From positions 64,137 to 128,136 of the IMG/VR virus record IMGVR_UViG_3300045988_075126: DNA of 64,000 nt. One strand, given 5' to 3'. Shown in pieces: positions 1 through 7,564 of this stretch. The stretch is from a virus. The translations under genes were made by a program, and so were the position numbers. The notes beneath the pieces are model-generated. The model made no database searches and was not told where the DNA came from. It saw only the letters and a program-made list of their open reading frames with translations. Numbering within the stretch: the stretch's first letter is position 1; each line of letters starts with the position of its first letter.

Positions 1-142
1 TGAGGATGAAGATGAGTTTGTGAAGTGTGATAGATTGCCGTTCACTGAGGAATGGTGGCTTTTGCATCAACTAGTGTATCATCTTGGCTTGACTTGTACC
101 TATACAGGTCGTGGTTATATAATTGAAAAACTTAAAGATTAG
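1..142 (+). CDS. hypothetical protein, C-terminal fragment (gene starts left of window)
   Basis: Frame open from window edge to TAG 140-142 (..EEWWLLHQLVYHLGLTCTYTGRGYIIEKLKD*); next ATG 4 nt downstream. Confidence 0.4.
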   Translation, partial: EDEDEFVKCDRLPFTEEWWLLHQLVYHLGLTCTYTGRGYIIEKLKD

Positions 143-146
143 TAAA

Positions 147-923
147 ATGGAAGCGAATGATTATTTGAAGGCTATGCAAGCTATGGACGAATTGGATAGA
201 CTTGTAACCAGTGTTTATCCGGATAAGTTTAAGTTGGTCTGCAAGAAGCATGGAATAGATGAATGCGAGGCGATGAACATGTATTCGTACTTGCAAAAGA
301 TGCATAAAGGTCAGTCTTGGTTAGTTAGATACAAGCCATTGGAATATCTAGAGCGTGTATTAACTCTAGCCAGAGAAGCTTATGCGTCTTACATGAACAA
401 CGGCTTGATTCTGAGTATGGTCAATTTTGGCGATAAGTATACAAAAATACTTGTAATCTTTGAGAAAGATGGCGTGAGAAGCCAACAGGAATTTGACCTT
501 AGAGAGCAAAGAACATATGTTGATATAGCGGACTTTATTGGAAATGGTTACACCATCGTATCTGTTATCCGTCAGTCTGACAATGTTGACAGCGAACAGT
601 TTGTTGGAGAAAAGGATGAGCGAAGTCATAGTATTCCTATTTACGATGGTGATGTAATGCTTTGTTACGTGAACAAACCGGAATTTTGGAGTTCAGATTG
701 GCGTAATAGCGGACTTTATATTTGTGAGAGTGGCTCATATCATAGATTGCTATACACACCGAATAAGGGGTACGTAAGACATGGAGAGCCAGATGTAGAT
801 GAAGACTTCACCCTTGATATTGGGGAAGAATCCTTCAGTAGTTATGTTATGACTTTAGATCAGTCTTGGTATAAGTTGGGTAATGTTCATGCAGGTATAG
901 GTTTTTTGAAGGAGAAAGAATAG
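147..923 (+). CDS. hypothetical protein
   Basis: ORF track 123..923 (TTG); first ATG 147 (MEANDYLKAM..) 4 nt after upstream stop; no domain recognised. Confidence 0.65.
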   Translation: MEANDYLKAMQAMDELDRLVTSVYPDKFKLVCKKHGIDECEAMNMYSYLQKMHKGQSWLVRYKPLEYLERVLTLAREAYASYMNNGLILSMVNFGDKYTKILVIFEKDGVRSQQEFDLREQRTYVDIADFIGNGYTIVSVIRQSDNVDSEQFVGEKDERSHSIPIYDGDVMLCYVNKPEFWSSDWRNSGLYICESGSYHRLLYTPNKGYVRHGEPDVDEDFTLDIGEESFSSYVMTLDQSWYKLGNVHAGIGFLKEKE

Positions 924-924
924 A

Positions 925-950
925 AGGAGAGGAATATCATTTCCCCTCCT
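925..950. terminator. hairpin after ORF 147-923 (possible bidirectional terminator)
   Basis: AGGAGAGGAA/TTCCCCTCCT 10-bp stem with 1 mismatch, 6-nt loop, starts 2 nt after the stop; only a short U tail. Confidence 0.4.
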
Positions 951-1002
951 TTGCCTTAATCTCCAGCTCGATAGGCTTGCCGCAATGAGGGCAGATGATA
1001 GC
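937..1002 (-). pseudogene. relic of the 3' end of an XRE/zinc-ribbon regulator gene
   Basis: Minus-strand translation ICPHCGKPIELEIKAKEGK* preceded by an in-frame stop; matches C-terminus LVCPHCGKPMNVEINLKVH* of gene 15929-16201; shared DNA ATAGGCTTRCCRCAATGAGGGCAGA. Confidence 0.45.
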
Positions 1003-1043
1003 CGGAGATTATATAAAGTGAGTCACACAAAAACTGAAAAATT

Positions 1044-1754
1044 ATGGAAATTGATAAAAGTAAAGTGTATTATTCCGTGGAGGGATTTCCTTTTAAGATT
1101 GTAAAAATGACATCAAAGTTGACTTGTATTGTTTTTGCTTTCAAACAAGGATTTATGAAAGGAGTAAGAATAGACAAGATTAACAATGTTTCTTTTCTTA
1201 TAAATGGAAAAGGTTACTTTGATGTAACTACCATTGAGGAGTATTGTGATAAGTATAATTCAAAAGCGTACCAAATTTGGACTGGTATTTTATGCCGCAT
1301 AGGGGTATCTGGGTATAAAGATGTGAGTGTTTGTAAGGAGTGGTTATTGTTCTCTCGTTTTGAAGAATTTCATACCAGGTGGTATCAAGAAGGTTATGCA
1401 ATAGATAAAGATTTGCTTTCGGGTGATACTAAGATATATTCCCCTGATACTTGTACTTATATGCCAGGTTATTTGAACAATTCAATAACTCCCGAATTTA
1501 GTAAACGAGAATATGATTTTAAGAAATCTAATGGTATCTATTATTATGATATAGCTGATATAAAACAACGTATTTATAGTTCCACAAAGGATGGAATTAT
1601 TCACAAATACGCCATTTGTAGATGCATAAGGGTTAAAACGTATTATTCTTCGTGTTGGAAGTTTTTGCGTCCGGAAGCGAGAGAAAAGATAGAAAATATG
1701 TATCAGGTAGAACATTTAGAAAAGTATATAAAGGAACATTTAAAGGAGGATTAA
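1044..1754 (+). CDS. hypothetical protein (possible DNA-binding / homing-endonuclease-like)
   Basis: 236-codon ORF with ATG; ..VCKEWLLFSRFEEFHTRW..GYAIDKDLL..IYSPDTC resembles the C.EW..F..F..W / IDRID module of some phage DNA-binding proteins (recollection only). Confidence 0.6.
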   Translation: MEIDKSKVYYSVEGFPFKIVKMTSKLTCIVFAFKQGFMKGVRIDKINNVSFLINGKGYFDVTTIEEYCDKYNSKAYQIWTGILCRIGVSGYKDVSVCKEWLLFSRFEEFHTRWYQEGYAIDKDLLSGDTKIYSPDTCTYMPGYLNNSITPEFSKREYDFKKSNGIYYYDIADIKQRIYSSTKDGIIHKYAICRCIRVKTYYSSCWKFLRPEAREKIENMYQVEHLEKYIKEHLKED

Positions 1755-1762
1755 TCCTCCTT
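1743..1762. terminator. palindromic hairpin between convergent genes
   Basis: AAGGAGGAT-TA-ATCCTCCTT perfect inverted repeat overlapping the stop of 1044-1754 and facing the 3' end of minus gene 1822-2145. Confidence 0.45.
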
Positions 1763-1801
1763 TAAATTAATTCCCATATTAATAGGTTTGCCACAAAGAA
1801 G
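1751..1801 (-). pseudogene. second relic of XRE/zinc-ribbon 3' end
   Basis: Minus-strand LLCGKPINMGINLKED* lies just beyond the stop of 1822-2145; roughly three-quarters DNA identity over ~40 nt to 15931-15972. Confidence 0.4.
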
Positions 1802-1821
1802 CCAATTTAACTTGGTTGGCT

Positions 1822-2145
1822 CTATTTCGTCTTTGAAGAAATTTCCAGCTTGTCAACAATAGAACGAAGTTCTTGCAAGGAAGACGCTACAAATGTATCT
1901 CCATTTTCTGAGCGGACAAATGCACAGAAGTTAAACCTAGGCGAACACTCGCAGTAGATGTCTTCTGGGTCAACAAACAATTGCCAAGTTGGAATACCAA
2001 GAAGTTGTGCTATTTCTTCCAACCTCGCTTTTGTAGGGTTGCCATTGATAATGTTAGGGATACTTTGCTTGGTTATCCCTAACATCTTAGCAAAAGTAGT
2101 CTTTGTGATGCCTTTTTGCTTTAATATTTCTTCTAGTCTATACAT
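1822..2145 (-). CDS. XRE-family helix-turn-helix transcriptional regulator
   Basis: N-terminal LKQKGITKTTFAKMLGITKQSIPNIINGNPTKARLEEIAQLLGIPTWQLF is a classic Cro/CI-type HTH; divergent from early genes. Confidence 0.75.
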   Translation of the reverse strand: MYRLEEILKQKGITKTTFAKMLGITKQSIPNIINGNPTKARLEEIAQLLGIPTWQLFVDPEDIYCECSPRFNFCAFVRSENGDTFVASSLQELRSIVDKLEISSKTK

Positions 2146-2186
2146 ATTATATATATATTAAATGATTGTACGAACTTATTCGTTTG

Positions 2187-2194
2187 CAAAGGTA
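2187..2194 (-). promoter_or_regulatory. -7 box (TACCTTTG on minus strand) for gene 1822-2145
   Basis: Plus strand CAAAGGTA; 42 nt upstream of ATG 2145; no clear -33 TTTG. Confidence 0.45.
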
Positions 2195-2309
2195 CGATTA
2201 AATTACGAAAGTAAGAAGAGAATATTACTAATAAATGTGAATAAATATGGTGGTTTGAATATATTCGTACTAACAAAGGTTAAATATAAGAAGATTTTCA
2301 TACTTTCTC

Positions 2310-2340
2310 TTGGTAATATGAGAAGATATTCGTACCTTTG
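2310..2340 (+). promoter_or_regulatory. Bacteroides-type promoter (-33 TTG / -7 TACCTTTG)
   Basis: TTG 2310-2312, 20-nt spacer, TACCTTTG 2333-2340; followed by leader element and gene 2429. Confidence 0.6.
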
Positions 2341-2396
2341 CAATGTCTTTAAGAGATAAAGGCTTTAAAGTTTAACTATTAATTGCTGTTATGCAG

Positions 2397-2420
2397 CCGA
2401 GTCGGCACTCGTAAAACGGT
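2397..2420 (+). promoter_or_regulatory. conserved leader element, type B (hairpin CGAGU-CGGC-ACUCG + UAAAACGGU)
   Basis: Identical 24-mer at 16466-16489; ATG 8 nt downstream; preceded by small hairpin GCUG..CAGC. Confidence 0.6.
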
Positions 2421-2428
2421 TTGAGGAT

Positions 2429-2767
2429 ATGACTACTTCAATTAAGAACAAGATGAGAAAGGTAATGCAGTTGGCACATAGAGCCTATCAGTTGAAATCA
2501 AGTTCAATGTCTTGGGTTGAGTGCTTGAAACAGGCTTGGCAGGTCGTAAAGCTTGAGGCAGCGATGAAGACCAAGGTGGTAGAGTTCTTCTTTATGAAGA
2601 TGAATGGTGAGGTAAGACAAGCCTTTGGTACGCTCATCCAGAGTCACATTGACTACACTCCAAATGGTACTGGTCATGCAGCATCAAGAGATTGCATCCG
2701 CTATTGGGATGAAGAAAAGGGCGCATGGAGACAATTCAAGGCTTACAACTTTTTGCGAGTTGCATAA
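2429..2767 (+). CDS. hypothetical protein (paralog of 16715-17050)
   Basis: 112 aa; about two-thirds identical by eye to 16715-17050 (MSW.ECLKQAWQV.KL, VVEF.F.KMNGE.RQAFGTL, SHIDYTPNG). Confidence 0.8.
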   Translation: MTTSIKNKMRKVMQLAHRAYQLKSSSMSWVECLKQAWQVVKLEAAMKTKVVEFFFMKMNGEVRQAFGTLIQSHIDYTPNGTGHAASRDCIRYWDEEKGAWRQFKAYNFLRVA

Positions 2768-2862
2768 AGATATATACACGTTCTAAGGTGTTTGGCGAGG
2801 CTTTAATAGGGGTGAGCCTTTAATCACCCCTTTAGTTTAGGACTTTTAAATTAAAATCGAAT

Positions 2863-3075
2863 ATGTTACATTCTGAGATTGTTAGTGAGTTGAAGAACAT
2901 TGGTGTACAAGTAAAACCATATAATGTTCAAGATGGCTTTATGGATATGTTCGTAAATGGTGAGGTTTACGATATGTTTGTGAAGTTTGTAAAAGAGAAC
3001 AACTTAGAAGTGATATATGATAACATTCATCATTGGGATATTTTCACATGGTGTGATGCTACAATTTGGTTTTAA
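2863..3075 (+). CDS. hypothetical protein
   Basis: ORF track; ATG start; tight same-strand packing; no domain recognised by eye. Confidence 0.6.
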   Translation: MLHSEIVSELKNIGVQVKPYNVQDGFMDMFVNGEVYDMFVKFVKENNLEVIYDNIHHWDIFTWCDATIWF

Positions 3076-3095
3076 TCACAAATAGAGTATAAGAT

Positions 3096-3344
3096 ATGGA
3101 GACAATTGCTAAGTGTTTGAAAGAAGTGTTCTACAAAGGGCATCATATTACCAAGGTGGAGGACGTATTCGGTCAGGTATTCGTTCGCATTGATAATGTA
3201 GTTGAACCGGACTATGCTAGCATAGCAGAGGCGAAACGTGTAATCAATGGTAAAGCCCCAAAGTGGTTTAATGATGGTTATATGTGGGACGAAGCCAGCA
3301 AGAAAGTTGTAAAAGACCCTAACGCTTTCCGATGGGAGGAGTAA
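3096..3344 (+). CDS. hypothetical protein
   Basis: ORF track; ATG start; tight same-strand packing; no domain recognised by eye. Confidence 0.6.
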   Translation: METIAKCLKEVFYKGHHITKVEDVFGQVFVRIDNVVEPDYASIAEAKRVINGKAPKWFNDGYMWDEASKKVVKDPNAFRWEE

Positions 3345-3643
3345 GAAAACATAAGGTAAAGAACTTAAAACAATTGGTTATGGAAAAGTTTATTGATGGC
3401 AGTTATGTATTCGAGAAAACAAATGAGTTTCCGGATGGCTACGAAATTTGGGCGATTGGCCGAAGAAATTTCGAGCACAAAGGCTACGTACCATTGTGTG
3501 AGGTCGATGAGAACTATAACGTAAAAAGAGATACCTTGAAGGCTTTGAAAGTAAAGGATGAAGCATTTGCTTTGGCTTTACTCTATGAAGCCGTTAAACG
3601 AGGAGTTAACAAGAAGAAGTATAACAGAATGATTAATGCATAA
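3332..3643 (+). CDS. hypothetical protein
   Basis: ORF track; ATG 3332 overlaps upstream gene by 13 nt, alternative in-frame ATG 3380; no domain recognised. Confidence 0.55.
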   Translation: MGGVRKHKVKNLKQLVMEKFIDGSYVFEKTNEFPDGYEIWAIGRRNFEHKGYVPLCEVDENYNVKRDTLKALKVKDEAFALALLYEAVKRGVNKKKYNRMINA

Positions 3644-3647
3644 GAAA

Positions 3648-3944
3648 ATGGATGAGAATTTTCTGAATGTGCTCTATATCGAGCACACGGATAAAATAGG
3701 CGTTTTAAAGGACGATAAGGACGAAAGGGTATCGATTATCCTTGGGACGGACAAAACGCTTGTAGAACGCAAGAGAGACGGCAAAACGTACCTTCTTGTA
3801 CCATTGACAAAGAACCACACCTTTGTCTGCAAGGGTAATTGCATTGATGTGGATGGTAAGCGTATCAAGAGTGAAATCTTCTTTCGTAAGGATGGTACGC
3901 AGTGGATTGAGATCGATAAAGAAACGTTATCTAAGGTAGCGTAA
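3648..3944 (+). CDS. hypothetical protein (paralog of 17445-17744)
   Basis: ORF track 3636..3944; second ATG 3648 gives MDENFLNVLYIEH.. matching paralog MDKNLKDALYVEH..; shared KIGVL, GTD.TLV, TYLL.PLT.NH.F.CKG, VDGKR, IFFRKD. Confidence 0.75.
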   Translation: MDENFLNVLYIEHTDKIGVLKDDKDERVSIILGTDKTLVERKRDGKTYLLVPLTKNHTFVCKGNCIDVDGKRIKSEIFFRKDGTQWIEIDKETLSKVA

Positions 3945-3962
3945 TAAAAGGAGGTTTAAGCT

Positions 3963-4220
3963 ATGAAAGTATATGTAGTAATTTCTTCGTACCAACACGG
4001 ATTGGGTGAAGCTGTTGAGGTTGATGCAGAAGTCTTCGATACCAGAGATAAGGCTAGAAAGGCTATAAGACACAAAGGAATGAACACTTTGGAGAATTAC
4101 AAGCGAGTTTTGAATTGCGATGATTATCTATACAATATCTCAGATTCTTTCTTCCATATCTCAGACAGCGAAGGAGAAACGTGGGACAATTTCGACATCG
4201 TAGAACAAGAATTAAAATAA
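3963..4220 (+). CDS. hypothetical protein
   Basis: ORF track; ATG start; tight same-strand packing; no domain recognised by eye. Confidence 0.6.
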   Translation: MKVYVVISSYQHGLGEAVEVDAEVFDTRDKARKAIRHKGMNTLENYKRVLNCDDYLYNISDSFFHISDSEGETWDNFDIVEQELK

Positions 4221-4227
4221 TAAAGCT

Positions 4228-4476
4228 ATGAAGATTGATGTTATCAAAAATATTATAGAAGATGCGAAGGAGTCTGGTTGCCTTGTGACAATTACACTTG
4301 TAAATGGGCAGGTATCGCATGTAAACTTCAGTAAGCAAATAAAGACGTTTACTGCTACAGATGATGTAATCTTGGACGAAGAGGGACATCTTGTGATAAT
4401 ACTTGGTACGGATGGAAGTAGAGATTACATTGATAGCGATTCCGTCATTCGCATATTTAGTAAAGAAGGTGTTTAA
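4228..4476 (+). CDS. hypothetical protein
   Basis: ORF track; 82 aa, same length as and weakly similar to the next ORF (possible tandem paralogs, ..YID..S..). Confidence 0.6.
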   Translation: MKIDVIKNIIEDAKESGCLVTITLVNGQVSHVNFSKQIKTFTATDDVILDEEGHLVIILGTDGSRDYIDSDSVIRIFSKEGV

Positions 4477-4495
4477 CAATTGATTAGATAAGAAT

Positions 4496-4744
4496 ATGGA
4501 TGCAGGTCATGTGAATGTGATATTAGGCGAAGCCGAGGACAAAGGTCTTAGAGGAAATATCAACTTGGTAGGTGGAGCAAAAATAAGTTTCGACTTCAAT
4601 GGTATTGGTATTGAAACATCTTTCAATTGCAATACAAAGAACAGAACACTTATGATTGGGAGTGGAAGTGCAGTAGTGTTTACACGTAAATATATTGATT
4701 GTAGCTCTATCCAGTATATTGAAGTGTTTGAACGTACAAAATAA
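4496..4744 (+). CDS. hypothetical protein
   Basis: ORF track; 82 aa; weak similarity to 4228-4476. Confidence 0.6.
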   Translation: MDAGHVNVILGEAEDKGLRGNINLVGGAKISFDFNGIGIETSFNCNTKNRTLMIGSGSAVVFTRKYIDCSSIQYIEVFERTK

Positions 4745-4761
4745 TTATAGGAGACAAGAAT

Positions 4762-5046
4762 ATGAATATACTAGACTATTATGAGGTTGTCACCTCAAAG
4801 ATTTTCAAGTTGGAAAGCATGAACGAGGGGCTTGTATTGATAGCACCGGAGCAGGAGGTAGATGGAGTCCGTTCCTTGATGGTGGGACTATATGTGCCAG
4901 AGCATGAACGATACAAGATGTATACTTTCCGTTCCTCTATGAACGAGGGTGAACTTGGCGACAAGTACAAGGCGATGGTCGGCACGATGGATGTGCTTAA
5001 ACCGGATTGGGACAGAATTAGAAAGAAAAGACGGAAGAGGATTTAA
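4762..5046 (+). CDS. hypothetical protein
   Basis: ORF track; ATG start; last gene of the rightward block, converges on 5043-5231. Confidence 0.6.
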   Translation: MNILDYYEVVTSKIFKLESMNEGLVLIAPEQEVDGVRSLMVGLYVPEHERYKMYTFRSSMNEGELGDKYKAMVGTMDVLKPDWDRIRKKRRKRI

Positions 5047-5231
5047 CCTCTTACCGCCTTAAGGATGCATTCGTTGATGAAGTCACTCTTGTTTCCATCT
5101 AAAGAATTGAGGATGTCGAGTGTTTCTTCTGTGGCAGAAAAGAACATACGTTTAGCGCATTTCTTCTTGCGTCCACAGCCTTCTCTTGCACCTCCCCATG
5201 ACTTGGCTGTCTTTTCTTCGTTTGTGTCCAT
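5043..5231 (-). CDS. putative ribbon-helix-helix-type DNA-binding protein
   Basis: 62 aa; basic N-terminus GGAREGCGRKKK then FFSATEETLDILNSL..KSDFINECILKAV, compatible with RHH/CopG-like fold (weak); own promoter 5472-5503. Confidence 0.5.
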   Translation of the reverse strand: MDTNEEKTAKSWGGAREGCGRKKKCAKRMFFSATEETLDILNSLDGNKSDFINECILKAVRG

Positions 5232-5241
5232 ACGTTAAAAA

Positions 5242-5273
5242 TTTGGTGGTTTGAAATAAATTTCGTACCTTTG
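5242..5273 (+). promoter_or_regulatory. Bacteroides-type promoter, antisense to leader of 5043-5231
   Basis: TTTG 5242-5245, 20-nt spacer, TACCTTTG 5266-5273; points rightwards from 11 nt beyond the minus-gene ATG. Confidence 0.55.
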
Positions 5274-5283
5274 CAACGAAATC

Positions 5284-5321
5284 CCAAGGTGGGAGGCGGT
5301 GGGCAGCACCACCTCCCTTGG
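5284..5321. promoter_or_regulatory. GC-rich leader hairpin
   Basis: GGGAGG/CCTCCC + GGTG/CACC + CCAA/TTGG stems; most GC-rich local structure in an AT-rich spacer; present in both sense and antisense transcripts. Confidence 0.5.
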
Positions 5322-5471
5322 AGTTAGAATAATCTAATCGTGAATGATAAGATTTCTATTTTCCAAATCTTCAATGAAACTTTGAGAACGTTCATAAGAC
5401 TTTGGGATTTCATTTTACCTACTCTTTCAGGTTTTCGGCATCCCCTTTGTAATCTCTCTTTGATTACACTG

Positions 5472-5503
5472 CAAAGATACGAAAAATATTTGAAATATGC
5501 AAA
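5472..5503 (-). promoter_or_regulatory. Bacteroides-type promoter for 5043-5231
   Basis: Reverse complement TTTGCATATTTCAAATATTTTTCGTATCTTTGCA: -33 TTTG (5500-5503), 20-nt spacer, -7 TATCTTTG (5472-5479). Confidence 0.6.
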
Positions 5504-5551
5504 CTATTTCAAGATTATTTTAAGAAAACATGAAAATAAATTAGAGTTTTC

Positions 5552-5582
5552 TTGCATTTTTCAAAGGTTTTTGCTACCTTTG
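5552..5582 (+). promoter_or_regulatory. Bacteroides-type promoter for 5611-6015
   Basis: TTG 5552-5554, 20-nt spacer, TACCTTTG 5575-5582; 28 nt before ATG 5611. Confidence 0.6.
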
Positions 5583-5610
5583 CAGATGTAAACAATAAAA
5601 CAATGAGCTT

Positions 5611-6015
5611 ATGAAAGTATTATCAATTCGCCAGCCGTATGCTTGGTTAATCGCTATCGGCTGCAAGACCATTGAAAACAGAACCTGGAATAGAAAGTTC
5701 CGTGGTCGTTTCCTTATTCATGCTAGCCAAGCCAAACCCGAAAAACTTGACGGATGGCAGGAGAGCGCAATGAAGAAATATTGCCAAGAGCATGGTATTG
5801 TTATTCCGGACTTCAAAGACTTGCCAACGTCAGCCATTATCGGCAGCGTAGAGTTGGATGATATTCAATTCCATGAGGCTTATCCGGATGCGTTTGCTGA
5901 AGATTTTCAGTATCACTGGTTCTTGAAGAATGCTAAATTGTTCGATGAGCCGATTAGAAACGTCAAAGGCAAGTTGTTCCTCTGGGATTATGAGTACAAT
6001 GAAGCTGAAAAGTAA
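5611..6015 (+). CDS. ASCH (ASC-1 homology, PUA-like) domain protein
   Basis: N-terminus MKVLSIRQPYAWLIAIGCKTIENRTWNRKFRGRFLIHAS matches the SI.QPWA.LI..G.KT.E.R.W signature of ASCH domains. Confidence 0.7.
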   Translation: MKVLSIRQPYAWLIAIGCKTIENRTWNRKFRGRFLIHASQAKPEKLDGWQESAMKKYCQEHGIVIPDFKDLPTSAIIGSVELDDIQFHEAYPDAFAEDFQYHWFLKNAKLFDEPIRNVKGKLFLWDYEYNEAEK

Positions 6016-6130
6016 AATAACAATACTTCTGTAATAAAAATACAAGTCGTTGAAAATTAGAGCAAAAGTATTTGTTATTCTCTAGAGTAGATAAGAATCA
6101 AATGTAAATATATTATTAAACGTTTAGATC

Positions 6131-6604
6131 ATGAAGAAGGTCTTATATTTTATTTCTTTTGTTGTGCTTTTGTTGACTAGTTGTACATCAAAGGAAAACA
6201 AAGCAGATGCCCTTATTAAGGCAAGAGGGTTTGAATGCGCCAATGTAGAGAAGTTAGAGGAATTTCAATGCAATCCTGCTTCTACCGAAATGATTATGGT
6301 TGCTTATAATAGTTTGTGGCGCAACGACTCGTTGTCTAGGAATATGCATTTGTCTAGTAGTAATATCAATTATGTTTGTAATGAGATACAAAGACAAGAG
6401 CAAAATGCAAAAAATCTGTTGGAAAAAGCTGATGAGATTGGCATGATTAATAATCATACAGAATTATGTGGTTATTATGTTGTTATCTCTCCCGATAAGA
6501 TTAATGGTGCGTATATAGACAAAAATAGAAAATGTACAAGGTATGAGGTCTTCTTTGATAAAGATGTCGAACGCATCATAGGAATACATCCAATTCGTAA
6601 ATAA
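6131..6604 (+). CDS. putative lipoprotein
   Basis: MKKVLYFISFVVLLLTSC: signal peptide ending in lipobox-like LLTSC. Confidence 0.65.
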   Translation: MKKVLYFISFVVLLLTSCTSKENKADALIKARGFECANVEKLEEFQCNPASTEMIMVAYNSLWRNDSLSRNMHLSSSNINYVCNEIQRQEQNAKNLLEKADEIGMINNHTELCGYYVVISPDKINGAYIDKNRKCTRYEVFFDKDVERIIGIHPIRK

Positions 6605-6664
6605 ACGAATTAACAGGTTTAGTGTTGTAAAGTTAGTATATTGACAATTTAAATAAATGTGATT

Positions 6665-7384
6665 ATGAAGAAGAAATTAATAATTGCCATCATCGCAGCT
6701 ATCGTTGTGATAGGTGGCGGCATTGGTGGTTATGTGTACCATTCTAACCAAGTGAAGGCAGAGAAGCTAGCTGATTACAAAAAGGCATTGCAGGGTTTTT
6801 ATGAAGGTGAAAGAGACATGACCTATGGAATTGACTTTATCCTTACTGATTATTTAGCTAATTGGAGTGGAGCGATACATAATCAAAAAGCATTGGACAA
6901 GACAAACAAAGTGGTTGATTGTGAATCTTTTAATGATGCACTTTCAATGAGATATACATTTTATACAAGATTTGGTGCTTTCAACACTATTGATAGTGCC
7001 TATATAGCTTTAGGTAAATATTTAGAAACTATAAAAAACAATGCGAAAGAAGAAAATTCTGATGTAGTAAAACTTTGCGAAAAGCAGTATGAGGAGTTGA
7101 GTAATGCAATTACTATGGCAAAAGACCCAAATGGTTCTTATATGGAATTTTCTATGCAGAAAGGAAATTGTTTTCAAAAATTATATAGTACAGACCGAAT
7201 ATTGGCATCAAAAGGGAATGTTATAAAAAAAGATTTAGGAAGTCTGAATATGGCAGTTCATGGAGAGCTTTTTCTAGTAGATAGAAATTTAAAGACCAAG
7301 GAAGGTTATAAGGAGTATAGTAAAAGAGAGGGGATGCTTATGGATATTTCCTGGAGATTACAAAATGTTGATTACGATGATTAG
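6665..7384 (+). CDS. membrane-anchored protein
   Basis: ORF track 6659 (GTG); ATG 6665; N-terminal KKKLIIAIIAAIVVIGGGIGGYVY transmembrane/signal anchor. Confidence 0.6.
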   Translation: MKKKLIIAIIAAIVVIGGGIGGYVYHSNQVKAEKLADYKKALQGFYEGERDMTYGIDFILTDYLANWSGAIHNQKALDKTNKVVDCESFNDALSMRYTFYTRFGAFNTIDSAYIALGKYLETIKNNAKEENSDVVKLCEKQYEELSNAITMAKDPNGSYMEFSMQKGNCFQKLYSTDRILASKGNVIKKDLGSLNMAVHGELFLVDRNLKTKEGYKEYSKREGMLMDISWRLQNVDYDD

Positions 7385-7423
7385 ATAGTTTTTATATAGA
7401 AGAAAAATAAGTAAACAAGACCT

Positions 7424-7457
7424 AGCCTTCTGCATGTGAATGTGGAAGGCTTTTTTT
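7424..7457 (+). terminator. intrinsic terminator
   Basis: AGCCTTC/GAAGGCT 7-bp stem, 14-nt loop, followed by T7 run. Confidence 0.7.
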
Positions 7458-7564
7458 GTGTCTAGACCTTATTCTTTGCACTTAAAGCTTTTGTGAAATC
7501 ACACCTTTTAATTCATTCGTTATTCCTTTGATTATTAGCTAATTTTGCCAATAAAAAGTAAAAT

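Noticed and set aside
2162-2359. 65-aa plus-strand ORF in the divergent promoter region
   Set aside because: It spans both -7 boxes (2187-2194 minus, 2333-2340 plus), so it is promoter DNA. Its composition is odd and there is no upstream promoter for it.
5340-5591. 83-aa ORF (GTG start) between the RHH-like gene and the ASCH gene
   Set aside because: It contains two consensus promoters (5472-5503 minus, 5552-5582 plus) and the long leader of gene 5043-5231. The non-ATG start and Leu/Phe-rich low-complexity translation also argue against it.
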